Shown: piece after piece, positions 1-8,774 of the stretch | How the letters are laid out: each line of letters opens with the position of its first letter | Numbering within the stretch: the first letter of the stretch is position 1 | From: a virus | IMG/VR virus record: IMGVR_UViG_3300011442_000007 | Length of the DNA stretch: 40,563 nucleotides | Reading direction: 5' to 3' (one strand) | Notes under the pieces: model-generated | Databases searched by the model: none | What the model was told of the DNA's origin: nothing | What the model saw: the letters and a program-made list of their open reading frames with translations, nothing else | Made by a program: the position numbers and the translations under genes

Positions 1-123
1 TACCGGACAAAAGCCTTCTGGGACAAGCGAAGAAACCTCGCGTGGATCTTCTTCGTCTCCACCGGAGGATCGTCAATCTGCGACTCCGGCCTGGTTTACC
101 ACACGCTCACAGGTCGATGGGGA
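1..123. repeat. Exact direct repeat of 40441..40563 (the window ends overlap)
   Basis: Base-by-base comparison: taccggacaaaagccttctgggacaagcg...acaggtcgatgggga occurs at both ends. It lies inside a coding frame. Confidence 0.95.
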
Positions 124-603
124 TACGTCACACACGATGTGGAGGCAGTGGTTTCCTTCGTCGTCGCGGCGATAACCTATGACGGGGGATCCCCCCTCAT
201 CACGACCTACGATTCTGGCCCCTCAATCTCCTACGATTCGCCGTTCTGGCTCGCAGCTGCCGAAAACGGGGCCGTTTTTACAGACGACCATGTTCTGAAA
301 ACCTTCTCAGGTACCGCTGAGGATTCGTCCTTCACTACGGGGGATATGGGCGACGAGGATGCCTACTCGTTCTGTGATCGACTTCAGGTGAGGTACTTCG
401 ATTCTCCAGACACCGCAACTGCTACAGGGTTTGTCAAAGACGACGAGGGGGTATCGCTGCAAACCTCATCCTCTGCTTTGAGGGATGACAACGCATTCGA
501 CTTCCGTCAGACCGGCAGATTCCACAGGTTCCACGTGGAACATACCGGGAACTGGGAAGCGGGAGGGGTTAGGCCGAGGTTCAAACGCGGTGGTTCACGG
601 TGA
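1..603 (+). CDS. 3' portion of the wrap-around ORF that starts at 39592 (putative tail hub/nozzle-type virion protein). Bases 1..123 duplicate 40441..40563.
   Basis: Frame 1 is open from base 1 to the TGA at 601..603. It is in phase with the ORF that runs off the window end. The ORF-track entry 139..603 is the internal GTG-started part. Confidence 0.6.
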   Translation, partial: YRTKAFWDKRRNLAWIFFVSTGGSSICDSGLVYHTLTGRWGYVTHDVEAVVSFVVAAITYDGGSPLITTYDSGPSISYDSPFWLAAAENGAVFTDDHVLKTFSGTAEDSSFTTGDMGDEDAYSFCDRLQVRYFDSPDTATATGFVKDDEGVSLQTSSSALRDDNAFDFRQTGRFHRFHVEHTGNWEAGGVRPRFKRGGSR

Positions 604-908
604 AACTCCCCACCACCGACCTAAGACTAGACTTCAACCTCGAACGGCTGGTCTACAAACTCAGTGATCTACTGAGCAGGACGAACCAGCAGGTAAACCA
701 ATCCTCCGAGGGACAGATCACCGCGGTGCACAACGCCAGGACCGCGGCTCCTACTACAGGAACCTACAAACAGGGCGACCAGATCAGGAAGGTCGATCCT
801 GTGGAGGCAGGGGCTGCTGCTTCCAAGTACGTGATCATCGGATGGGTTTGTACCGCCTCAGGGACTCCGGGAACGTGGCTCGAAATGCGCACGCTTACGG
901 GAAATTAG
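600..908 (+). CDS. Hypothetical small virion-module protein (102 aa)
   Basis: ORF track. GTGA start/stop overlap with the upstream gene. Followed by a hairpin terminator. Confidence 0.6.
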   Translation: MKLPTTDLRLDFNLERLVYKLSDLLSRTNQQVNQSSEGQITAVHNARTAAPTTGTYKQGDQIRKVDPVEAGAAASKYVIIGWVCTASGTPGTWLEMRTLTGN

Positions 909-939
909 TGTAGACTCACTCTCAGGCCAAGCCTAGCGC

Positions 940-962
940 AGCCACCTTCGGGTGGCTTTTTT
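940..962 (+). terminator. Rho-independent terminator candidate (GCCACC-TTCG-GGTGGC followed by TTTTTT)
   Basis: 6-7 bp GC-rich stem, TTCG tetraloop and a run of six T, about 30 nt after the stop at 908. Confidence 0.65.
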
Positions 963-963
963 C

Positions 964-1368
964 ATGGAAATCTTCCAATGCACTGCTGCTGAGGTAGACA
1001 AAGCCTGGCGCGACGGGGCCCACAAGCTATCCGAAGCCTGCAAGTGGGCATCCCGTGAAATCACCCCGGACCAGCTAAAGTTCCTGCTTGCGAGAGGTGA
1101 GCGCACACTTATCGGTCTGAGGGATGATGGAGTCATCAAAGGCTGGGCTGCGGTTCAGGTTCAACAACTCCCCAATATCCGAATCCTCTACATCTACGCC
1201 ATGCAAGGTGACGGAGCGACCTCCAAAGAGAGCTTCCAACTCCTGAAGCAGTACGCCGAATCGAACGGGTGCTCTGCGATCCGGGGGGCTGTGAGGGCCT
1301 CGATGGCGAGACTGGCGAGGCGGTACGGCGGGGTGGAACTCTATACAACGGTGGAGCTTGTGGTATGA
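964..1368 (+). CDS. Hypothetical protein with a tentative GNAT-like acetyltransferase fold
   Basis: ORF 952..1368, with the ATG at 964 directly after the terminator T-tract. The segment ILYIYAMQGDGATSKESFQLLKQYAESNG resembles GNAT motif A (strand, Q-x-x-G-x-A/G-like turn, helix). This resemblance is weak. Confidence 0.45.
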   Translation: MEIFQCTAAEVDKAWRDGAHKLSEACKWASREITPDQLKFLLARGERTLIGLRDDGVIKGWAAVQVQQLPNIRILYIYAMQGDGATSKESFQLLKQYAESNGCSAIRGAVRASMARLARRYGGVELYTTVELVV

Positions 1369-2198
1369 GTGGCGGCGGTTCTGATTCAACCCAAAGCGGC
1401 CCGCCCGAGTGGGCAGTCCCGTTCTTCCAGAACTACATGAACCGCGCGGGAGCGGTATCTGATCTTCCGTACCAGGCCTATCAAGGCCAGCGGTTGGAAG
1501 CGATGAACCCCTATCAAGTCGGAGGGCTCAACGCGACCGCGAACCGAGCGATCCAAGGCAACTCCTCAGTCGGTGCGGCGAATCAGAACCTCACCGACAC
1601 TTTGGGTGGGAAGTACCTAGGGCAAGGCAACCCGTATCTCCAACAGCAGATTGATGCTTCCTCTCAAGACTTAGTGCGGAACTACAACACCGCAATCAAG
1701 CCTCAATTCGACGCGGCGATGACTCGATCCGGTTCCTTTGGAAATTCGGGAATTCAGGAAGTAGGCCAAGCGGCGCAGAACGACCTTCAAAAGAACCTCG
1801 CCAACATCTCCACCGGGATGCGGTACCAGAACTATGGAGATGAGCGAAACCGCCAGATGCAAGGCACCTCCCTCGCTCCGGCAATCGCCAATCAGGATTA
1901 CGTGGACACCCAGGCCCTCTCTGGGGTTGGTGATGTGTTCAACAGGTACGGCCAGGCCCAAAGGAATATCGACTATGAAAACTTCCAGGAAGCCAGGGAC
2001 TACCCGAAGAATCAACTCGCCACCCTCGGAAGCGCTTTGGGAATGAACATGGGCCAGACGACCACCGGACCCCAACCCAACAAAGCGGCCGGGACTCTCG
2101 GTGGGGCTGCCTCCGGGGCCGCCATCGGCTCACAGGTGATGCCAGGATGGGGAACCGCTATCGGTGCTGGCGTGGGTGGTTTGATGGGGGGTAAATGA
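1365..2198 (+). CDS. Putative internal virion/ejection protein (277 aa, Gly/Asn/Gln-rich)
   Basis: ATGA overlap with the upstream stop. Sits in the tail-proximal block. Long ORF with high GC3. Confidence 0.6.
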   Translation: MSGGGSDSTQSGPPEWAVPFFQNYMNRAGAVSDLPYQAYQGQRLEAMNPYQVGGLNATANRAIQGNSSVGAANQNLTDTLGGKYLGQGNPYLQQQIDASSQDLVRNYNTAIKPQFDAAMTRSGSFGNSGIQEVGQAAQNDLQKNLANISTGMRYQNYGDERNRQMQGTSLAPAIANQDYVDTQALSGVGDVFNRYGQAQRNIDYENFQEARDYPKNQLATLGSALGMNMGQTTTGPQPNKAAGTLGGAASGAAIGSQVMPGWGTAIGAGVGGLMGGK

Positions 2199-2569
2199 TG
2201 GACGGCGGACCAGTTCAGGGCGGATCGAATCCGTACATGCCGATGTCTGGAGCCGGGAGGTTCATGGGGCCCGGAATGACCCCCTCTACCTTTCAGCCGC
2301 GAACCTATCAACCCCAGACGGTACCGAGCTATCAAGGGCTTCTGAGCCAGGTTAGGCCCCGCGAACAAGCCGGCGGCCCTGGAGGACTCCTGGCGATGGA
2401 GTACGGCTCAGGTCCGGGGTCGGGTCCGGGTGTTGGTGGAATCGGAAGTGACGGCCCTGGGCCTGCTGGGATTGACGGTGGGGGCGCCGCTGCTTCGGTT
2501 GGCGACTCGGGTGTCAGCGCTGGCGCTGCGGCTGCTGATGGTGGTGGCGGGAGCGGAGGCGGGAAATAA
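2195..2569 (+). CDS. Gly/Pro-rich low-complexity virion-module protein (124 aa)
   Basis: ATGATG start overlapping the upstream TGA. TAATG coupling to the next gene. Confidence 0.5.
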   Translation: MMDGGPVQGGSNPYMPMSGAGRFMGPGMTPSTFQPRTYQPQTVPSYQGLLSQVRPREQAGGPGGLLAMEYGSGPGSGPGVGGIGSDGPGPAGIDGGGAAASVGDSGVSAGAAAADGGGGSGGGK

Positions 2570-3708
2570 TGGCCGGCTTGCTCGACGGACTAATGTCCGG
2601 TCAATTCACCGACGACCCCCAGCAGAATCAAGCGATTCAGCGGGGAATCCTGAACTTCGGACTCCAGTTGATGCAGACCCGTGGTCGGCGTTTAGGTCCG
2701 GGGTTGGGTCAAGCTGGCGTAGCTGGTATCCAAGGCTTCAACGACCTGAAGCAGGAGCAGTTCCGGGATCAGCTTCGCAAGCAGCAAGGCGAGGAATACA
2801 CCCGCCGGAAGATGCTGAACGCCAGAGAAGACACGCTAGCAAATCTTCCGAGCCAGTTCATCAAACCAGACCAGCAGGGAAACAATCCCTCCGCGTTCAC
2901 TCCGGGGATGAGTGACCTCCCGGGTCTTTCAAAAGCGTACATGAGCGCACCTGGTGGGTTGCAGACAGGACTGGCTCTACAGAGCGCGCTCCAGAAGCAG
3001 GAACCGACTCTGCACGAGTTCAAACAAGGGTCAACTTACGGCACATTCGAGGGCGGCAGAGTCAGGCCGCTACTGTCTGTGCCATCCGCAGAAAAGCCAG
3101 ACACCGTCCCATCGGCGATCAAAGAGTACAACTTTGCTAGAGAGCAAGGATACAAAGGATCGTTCGAGCAATGGGATCGTGAGCGTAGAAAGGCCGGCGC
3201 TTCTCAGGTATCAGTTAGCACCGGAGAAAAAGGGTTCAAGAACGAACTCGCTTTGAAGGGTGACTTTAAGTCCGAGCCGATCTACAAAGACTACCAAGAC
3301 ATGCAGTCTGCGTACAAACAGATCAAGGCCGGTATCGCGCAGGGAACACCAATCGGTGACGTGGCGACAGCAACGAAGATCATGAAACTACTTGACCCGG
3401 GGTCTGTGGTCCGAGAGTCGGAACTCGGTATTGCGATGGCCGCTGGGGGGCGCATGGATCGCTTGCAGAACTTCGTTCAGATGCAACTCAAAGGCGAGAA
3501 GCTCACCCCGACGATGCGTCAGGAGTTCGGCAAACTCGCGGATGAACTGTATGAGGCCGCAGGGCAGGCATACAACGTCAAACGGTCCGAGTATGAGGGA
3601 ATCGGTAAACGGTATGGGCTGGACACCACGAACCTAGGTGCTCCGCACAAATCATCCCGTTCATCTTCTGTTCGTGACCAAGCGGATGCAATCCTTCGGG
3701 GTGAGTGA
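2569..3708 (+). CDS. Putative internal virion/ejection protein (379 aa)
   Basis: ORF track. Translationally coupled at both ends. Position between tail hub and fibre genes. Confidence 0.6.
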   Translation: MAGLLDGLMSGQFTDDPQQNQAIQRGILNFGLQLMQTRGRRLGPGLGQAGVAGIQGFNDLKQEQFRDQLRKQQGEEYTRRKMLNAREDTLANLPSQFIKPDQQGNNPSAFTPGMSDLPGLSKAYMSAPGGLQTGLALQSALQKQEPTLHEFKQGSTYGTFEGGRVRPLLSVPSAEKPDTVPSAIKEYNFAREQGYKGSFEQWDRERRKAGASQVSVSTGEKGFKNELALKGDFKSEPIYKDYQDMQSAYKQIKAGIAQGTPIGDVATATKIMKLLDPGSVVRESELGIAMAAGGRMDRLQNFVQMQLKGEKLTPTMRQEFGKLADELYEAAGQAYNVKRSEYEGIGKRYGLDTTNLGAPHKSSRSSSVRDQADAILRGE

Positions 3709-5297
3709 TGGCGTCCGCTGACGAATACGCCGAGTGGATCGTAAAGAATCAGGCCAAGAAAGGCACGCCTGAATTCGATACGGTTGCCAAAGCCTATGAG
3801 GAAGCCAAAGCAGAGACTCCACAGAAGGGGTGGGAAGGATCATCGAATCAGGGCGGTCCGAGTGCGGCAATCAGGATGCTGCGCAACATCCCCGGTTCTG
3901 CACTTCGGTTCGGCAAAGGCATCGCAGAGGCAGTGACGAGCCCGGTGCAAACAGGAAAAGCAGCATTGGACGCTGTCGCTGGTGGGCTTCGCAATCTCAC
4001 TCCCGCGCCTATCCGAAACGTCATCGACACACTCGACCCGAATCCAGAAGCTGCACAGCGTGCGACTGGTGTAGCGGATCAGATGGGCCAGTTCTACAAA
4101 GACCGCTACGGCGGTTTGGATAACCTCAAGAAAACCGTTGTGGAAGACCCCGTAGGGGCAGCTGCTGACCTATCGACAGTCCTAGGTGTCGGTGGTGCTC
4201 TGGCCCCTGGAAAGATGGGCCAAGCGCTGAACGTTGCCTCCAAGTACACCAATCCTCTGAGCGTGATTCCTCCTGTCGTCAAAGGAACAGGTGCGCTAGC
4301 AAAGCACACGCTCGGGATGGTCACAGGAGCCGGCGCGGAATCTGCGGCTCAGGCTTTTGGGTCTGGAAGGTATGTAAAGCCTGAATTCCTCGCAAACCTC
4401 AAAGGCGAGGTTCCGATTTCAGGAATCATCGATGAAGCCAAGCATGGACTGGAAAACATGCGGCTCCAGAAATCAGCCGACTACCGAGCCAACATGGCTA
4501 GCGTGTCTGGAGACAAAACCGTATTGAGCTTCAAAGGCATCGAGAATGCTGTAGACAACGCCTCGGACATGGTCACCTACAAAGGACAGGTGAAGAACGC
4601 CAAAGCTGCCGAAGCCGTCAAGGACATGGCGAACGAAGTTACCAAGTGGAAACTTCTGAAGCCTGATGAGTTCCACACCCCAGAGGGTCTAGATGCGCTG
4701 AAGCAGAAGCTCGGCGGGATTCTCGAAGCGATCCCGTACGAGCAAAAGACCGCTCGACTCGCTGCGGGGAAGATCTACAACTCCGTCAAAGACGAGATCC
4801 AGAAGCAAGCTCCTGCCTACGCAAAGACGATGGAGGACTACACCAAAGCATCAGAGCAGATCACCGAAGTCGAGAAAGCGTTTTCGCTCGGGAACAAGGC
4901 ATCCCAGGACACAGCAGTCCGAAAACTTCAGTCCCTGATGCGCAACAACGTTCACTCGAACTACGGGAACAGGCTTGATCTTGCGAAGCAACTTGAGTCT
5001 CAGGGCGGGGTTGATCTCATGCCATCCATTGCAGGGCAAGCGATGAACTCGTGGACTCCACGGGGTTTGGTTGGTCAAGCCGGAAGCTACGGTACAGGAT
5101 TGGCTGCGCTGATGACACAGAACCCTGTAGGGCTTGGGCTTCTACCGCTCACGAGCCCTAAAGCCGTTGGACTGGGCTCCTACGGTGCTGGGCGCGTGTT
5201 CGGTGTTGGCGAAAGAGGGGCCGCGTTGCTTGGCCTGACTCCTGAAAAGGCGCGTCTCGCAGGACTTCTCGGGTATCAGTTGGATCAGGAGCGCTAA
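3705..5297 (+). CDS. Putative internal virion/ejection protein (530 aa, Ala/Gly-rich)
   Basis: ORF track. ATGA coupling. Largest protein of the internal-protein run. Confidence 0.6.
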   Translation: MMASADEYAEWIVKNQAKKGTPEFDTVAKAYEEAKAETPQKGWEGSSNQGGPSAAIRMLRNIPGSALRFGKGIAEAVTSPVQTGKAALDAVAGGLRNLTPAPIRNVIDTLDPNPEAAQRATGVADQMGQFYKDRYGGLDNLKKTVVEDPVGAAADLSTVLGVGGALAPGKMGQALNVASKYTNPLSVIPPVVKGTGALAKHTLGMVTGAGAESAAQAFGSGRYVKPEFLANLKGEVPISGIIDEAKHGLENMRLQKSADYRANMASVSGDKTVLSFKGIENAVDNASDMVTYKGQVKNAKAAEAVKDMANEVTKWKLLKPDEFHTPEGLDALKQKLGGILEAIPYEQKTARLAAGKIYNSVKDEIQKQAPAYAKTMEDYTKASEQITEVEKAFSLGNKASQDTAVRKLQSLMRNNVHSNYGNRLDLAKQLESQGGVDLMPSIAGQAMNSWTPRGLVGQAGSYGTGLAALMTQNPVGLGLLPLTSPKAVGLGSYGAGRVFGVGERGAALLGLTPEKARLAGLLGYQLDQER

Positions 5298-5298
5298 C

Positions 5299-6051
5299 GT
5301 GCCAGTTCCTACGTCCTTCGCCGATCTAAGCACAACCCCCGGGAGCAACAGCCCCGCGGGTGGGAACACCGTCTTCCCAGACCTGAACGACTACATCCAG
5401 TTCATCAACGCTGCGCTGGCTTCCATCAAAGCCAATACAGCTACGAATGGGTGGGTATCCCCGTACTACGCCTCGGGAGCGAGCCCGACCTTCGTTGCCA
5501 TCACGACAACGACGCTGAACGGCAACACGTTCACCACCGGGACCGGGACACTCACGATTGCAGCGGCCAAGACGCTGACAGCGAGCAACACGCTGACTCT
5601 GGCGGGGACGGATGGGAAGACGCTGACGGTCAGTAAGAATCTGACGCTGGATGGGACGGATGGGACAACGATTACGTTTCCGTCTACATCAACCACGTTT
5701 GCCGCTAGTACCTACACTCCGACGCTGACGAATGGCTCGAACGTGGCCGCATCAAGTAGCCCGGTCGGCATGTATCAGAGAATTGGTAGCATTGTGAGCG
5801 GCAGTGTTTCCTGCTCCGCGCAGGCAACTGCTGGTGCTGGGACCGTCACCGTGCTCCAGTTCTCGCTTCCTGTCGCATCTAACCTAGGAGCGGCTACCGA
5901 CGTAATAGGTGTTGGAGAGACGGCCATCGCTTCTCAAACAGGGGCCGCTCTGTCAGCGGACACCGGGAGCGACCTCATAACTGCAACTTGGATTTCACAG
6001 AGCACATCGAACAACGGATGGAAATTCACGTTCCAGTACAGAGTGATCTAG
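5299..6051 (+). CDS. Tail fibre protein 1 (250 aa)
   Basis: N-terminus PVPTSFADLSTTPGSNSPAGGNTVFPDLNDYIQF is the conserved tail-fibre anchor motif. It is followed by Thr-rich TLT-type repeats. GTG start 1 nt after the upstream TAA. Confidence 0.7.
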   Translation: MPVPTSFADLSTTPGSNSPAGGNTVFPDLNDYIQFINAALASIKANTATNGWVSPYYASGASPTFVAITTTTLNGNTFTTGTGTLTIAAAKTLTASNTLTLAGTDGKTLTVSKNLTLDGTDGTTITFPSTSTTFAASTYTPTLTNGSNVAASSSPVGMYQRIGSIVSGSVSCSAQATAGAGTVTVLQFSLPVASNLGAATDVIGVGETAIASQTGAALSADTGSDLITATWISQSTSNNGWKFTFQYRVI

Positions 6052-6434
6052 AAATGTCGCTCGGCCATCAAATGCAAAGCACTGCAACTTCCCCTGACCG
6101 GAGGCTTCGGAATGAACCCGAGCCGAATGGTTGCCTCGCTGAATTTATAGGCAACGCTCGGAACGAGAAGCGGCATGGTTTTGGCGTATCCGGTGACGAC
6201 TCCACCAGTCAGCGCAAGACTTATCTTCCCCACGGTCTCGATGGTGTAGCCAGCATAGAAACTCTGGCGCCGATGGCTGTTGTAATAGGTTCCCGCCGTG
6301 AGGCCATTGTCGAGTCGAGCGTAAACGCCAGGATTGAAGTTGTTCATCCCTTCTTTCCCATGCACGCTCACGAGATGAATACCAACAACCTGTGCATAAC
6401 TAACCCCACTCATGAGCAAAGGTATTAGCACCAA
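6048..6434 (-). CDS. Putative small outer-membrane beta-barrel protein (moron); start codon uncertain
   Basis: Minus-strand ORF in an AT-richer patch. Hydrophobic leader LVLIPLLMSGVSYA followed by Q, alternating beta-strand-like pattern, and a C-terminal ...AERHF ending in Phe, as in OMP barrels. In-frame starts are TTG 6434, GTG 6431, ATG 6413 and TTG 6566. Confidence 0.5.
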   Translation of the reverse strand: MVLIPLLMSGVSYAQVVGIHLVSVHGKEGMNNFNPGVYARLDNGLTAGTYYNSHRRQSFYAGYTIETVGKISLALTGGVVTGYAKTMPLLVPSVAYKFSEATIRLGFIPKPPVRGSCSALHLMAERHF

Positions 6435-6813
6435 CGTTTTGAGAGAGAAGGGTTTAAGGGGAGTGAGAGTTAACTCCCCTTGGCTGTTCGGCTGTTTATG
6501 CGCAGGCGCTAGCCGAAGAAAAGACCTAATTAGAGTGTAAGGCACGATTTCAGCACTTCTATGCAAACGAGATTCATTCCAGACGAACGGTCACTTGCAC
6601 TGGATGAGCGGTCGTTTTTGCGTTGCTTTTCTGTCTCTAAGCACTTGACAGATTTTGGCCCTATAGACAACGCGGTATTTGTAGGGATCGTCCCCGATCT
6701 GAATCCAGCGAGGAAAGTAGACCGGACTAGGTTCTTTGGCTTCCATGCTTCGAAGATGCCCGAACCGCGCACGTTGCGCAAGATGATCGTTTGTACAGCC
6801 TGATAAGAAACAC

Positions 6814-8607
6814 ATGGCTACCCTGCCAACCGTAATCACCGACCTGACAGCAACCCCCGGGCCGAACTACCCACAGGGGTCGGATACGGTGTTCCCATCC
6901 CTCGATAATCTGCTGAGGGAGTACGGGGCCTACATCAAGCAGAACTACGACGACCTGGCGACGAAGACTGAGATTTCGGACCTAGCCGACACAGGAACTG
7001 CTACCCACGGTGATTTTCTTGTTGGCAGAAAGCGCACCTTCACCAGCGCCGTTGCCTCCACCTGGCACGCCTGGGCCGAACTCCAGCCTATCGATCTAGT
7101 CGCTGATTGCGGTGTCGTCGCCGACGGCTCCACGAACAACACAACGGCGATCAACGTCGCCCTATCAGCAGCATCTGCACTCGGTGGGGCGTTGCTCATC
7201 CTGCCAGTGGGGACCGTGAACTACGCAACCACCCTGGCATGGCCTGCAAATACGCACCTGATCGGGCAGGGGGATACGTCGGTGCTTCGGTACACCGGCT
7301 CATCGAACGCGATCAGCTCGGTCGATGTGTTCCCGACCGATGCGAGCATCAGCTTTCGAAACTTCAAGCTAACCACCACCACCAGTTCGCCATCGACTGG
7401 TCCGGGTGTCGATGGCATCGTGCTGAACAACGCGGTCCGGGTGTTGATCGACTGCCAGATTCGCGGGTTTGGGAATGCGGGTGTGAACCTCGCCTCGACC
7501 ACGGCAAAGGCCAATATCGACGTGACCTTCGGGCCCGGAGCGAACATCCACGAGAACGTGTATGGAGTGATGGCAACCGGAGCCAATGTAGGAGCGAATT
7601 CGATCAAGTTCCTAGGTCCGAGAATTCGAGCAAACTCGACCTACAACATCTACAGCACGCTCGACATTCGGGCGTGGACGTTCCTGGGGGGCACTTACGA
7701 AGCCGGTGGTATCTACCTGAATCAGCCCATCGGCCTTGCGATCATCGGGGCCTACTTCGAGATGGGCGGGGCGAGTATCTGCGTGGAACTTGCAAATGCT
7801 CAAGATGCCACCGGGGTAACCATCGAGGGGTGCCACTTCGCGCAGACCAGCTTGGGGACAGGAACGGGTATCAAACTCGGAACCTCCGCGTTCGTCCGGG
7901 GCGTGAACATCTCAGGCAATACCTTCATCGGATGGGGAACTGGTATCGACCCAGGCGCTGTGATCGGTGGGTGCATCGGTCCGAACGCGTACAGCAGCGT
8001 GACCACGCAGATTGGGATTCCTGGCTCCCTGTGTACTGGGCTCATGCTCAACGAGACAGCGAACTCTGCGCTCTATGGAGGAGGACTCGCTCAGTATGCG
8101 CACGACGGCTCATCGTGGGTCGCCCCATCTCCGTACCGATACACCACCGTCCCGATTGGCTCTGTGGCCTATGGGTCGATGGGCAACGACACAACGACAG
8201 CAGCGGGGACGATCTACTTCTGCGAGGTTCACTTCACGGCGCCGATGACGTTGACAGGAGCCGGGATTCTCACGGGTTCAGTGGCGAATAACAACAACTG
8301 GATATTTGCCCTGTACGACTTCAAGGGGACGCTGCTGGCGAACAGCGCCCTCGCAGGAGCGAAAGCCCCAGCGACGAACGACCTTCAACAGCTTGCGTTC
8401 ACGGCGACCTACTCTGCCCAGCCCGGCAAGTATTGGATTGCGATCCAGAACGCCGGGGCGACGGATAGATTCCGCGCGGTTGCTGCGAGTACATTCGCGG
8501 ACGTGCGGACCAAGTCTCAGGCGGGAGCGTTCGGCACGATCCCTTCGACCTTCACGATCCCGACGACTTTCACCGCCAACGTCGGGCCGATTGCCTACGT
8601 GTACTAG
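6814..8607 (+). CDS. Tailspike/tail fibre 2 with a right-handed beta-helix (pectate-lyase-like) depolymerase domain
   Basis: The N-terminus TLPTVITDLTATPGPNYPQGSDTVFPSLDNLLREY repeats the anchor motif of 5299..6051. The segment DCGVVADGSTNNTTAINVALSAASALGGALLILPVGT...THLIGQG matches the pectate_lyase_3-type tailspike signature. Confidence 0.7.
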   Translation: MATLPTVITDLTATPGPNYPQGSDTVFPSLDNLLREYGAYIKQNYDDLATKTEISDLADTGTATHGDFLVGRKRTFTSAVASTWHAWAELQPIDLVADCGVVADGSTNNTTAINVALSAASALGGALLILPVGTVNYATTLAWPANTHLIGQGDTSVLRYTGSSNAISSVDVFPTDASISFRNFKLTTTTSSPSTGPGVDGIVLNNAVRVLIDCQIRGFGNAGVNLASTTAKANIDVTFGPGANIHENVYGVMATGANVGANSIKFLGPRIRANSTYNIYSTLDIRAWTFLGGTYEAGGIYLNQPIGLAIIGAYFEMGGASICVELANAQDATGVTIEGCHFAQTSLGTGTGIKLGTSAFVRGVNISGNTFIGWGTGIDPGAVIGGCIGPNAYSSVTTQIGIPGSLCTGLMLNETANSALYGGGLAQYAHDGSSWVAPSPYRYTTVPIGSVAYGSMGNDTTTAAGTIYFCEVHFTAPMTLTGAGILTGSVANNNNWIFALYDFKGTLLANSALAGAKAPATNDLQQLAFTATYSAQPGKYWIAIQNAGATDRFRAVAASTFADVRTKSQAGAFGTIPSTFTIPTTFTANVGPIAYVY

Positions 8608-8615
8608 GAGCAACC

Positions 8616-8774
8616 ATGGACCTATTCGGCAACAAGAAACGCGACGCTGAGATTGCGGCGCTGCGCAAGGAACTGGATGCGTTGTGGCGCTGGGCGAACG
8701 ACGCGAGCGTACAGATTGGCCGACCGCCACCCATCACGCCGCAAGGTGGTGGTGGTCCTCCGAAGCCGCCTTGA
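8616..8774 (+). CDS. Small hypothetical protein (52 aa; MDLFGNKKRDAEIAALRKELDALWRW...)
   Basis: Below the ORF-track size cut-off. AGGAG lies 5 nt upstream of the ATG. Coiled-coil-like N-terminus. Confidence 0.45.
   Translation: MDLFGNKKRDAEIAALRKELDALWRWANDASVQIGRPPPITPQGGGGPPKPP

Noticed and set aside
6561-6839. ORFs of 80-83 aa on both strands in the low-GC spacer upstream of the moron
   Set aside because: They mutually overlap, have no RBS and show no motif. They could hide a small regulator (for example the 51-aa MEAKEPSPVYFPRWIQ... ORF), but I cannot support it.
7107-8291. 394-aa + strand ORF in an alternative frame of the tailspike gene
   Set aside because: The composition is Arg/His/Cys-rich. 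The tailspike frame carries the pectate-lyase-type motif and the N-terminal anchor.
5299-8607. Diversity-generating retroelement acting on the fibre genes
   Set aside because: No reverse-transcriptase ORF exists anywhere in the window. I saw no template/variable repeat pair near the 3' ends of the fibre genes.
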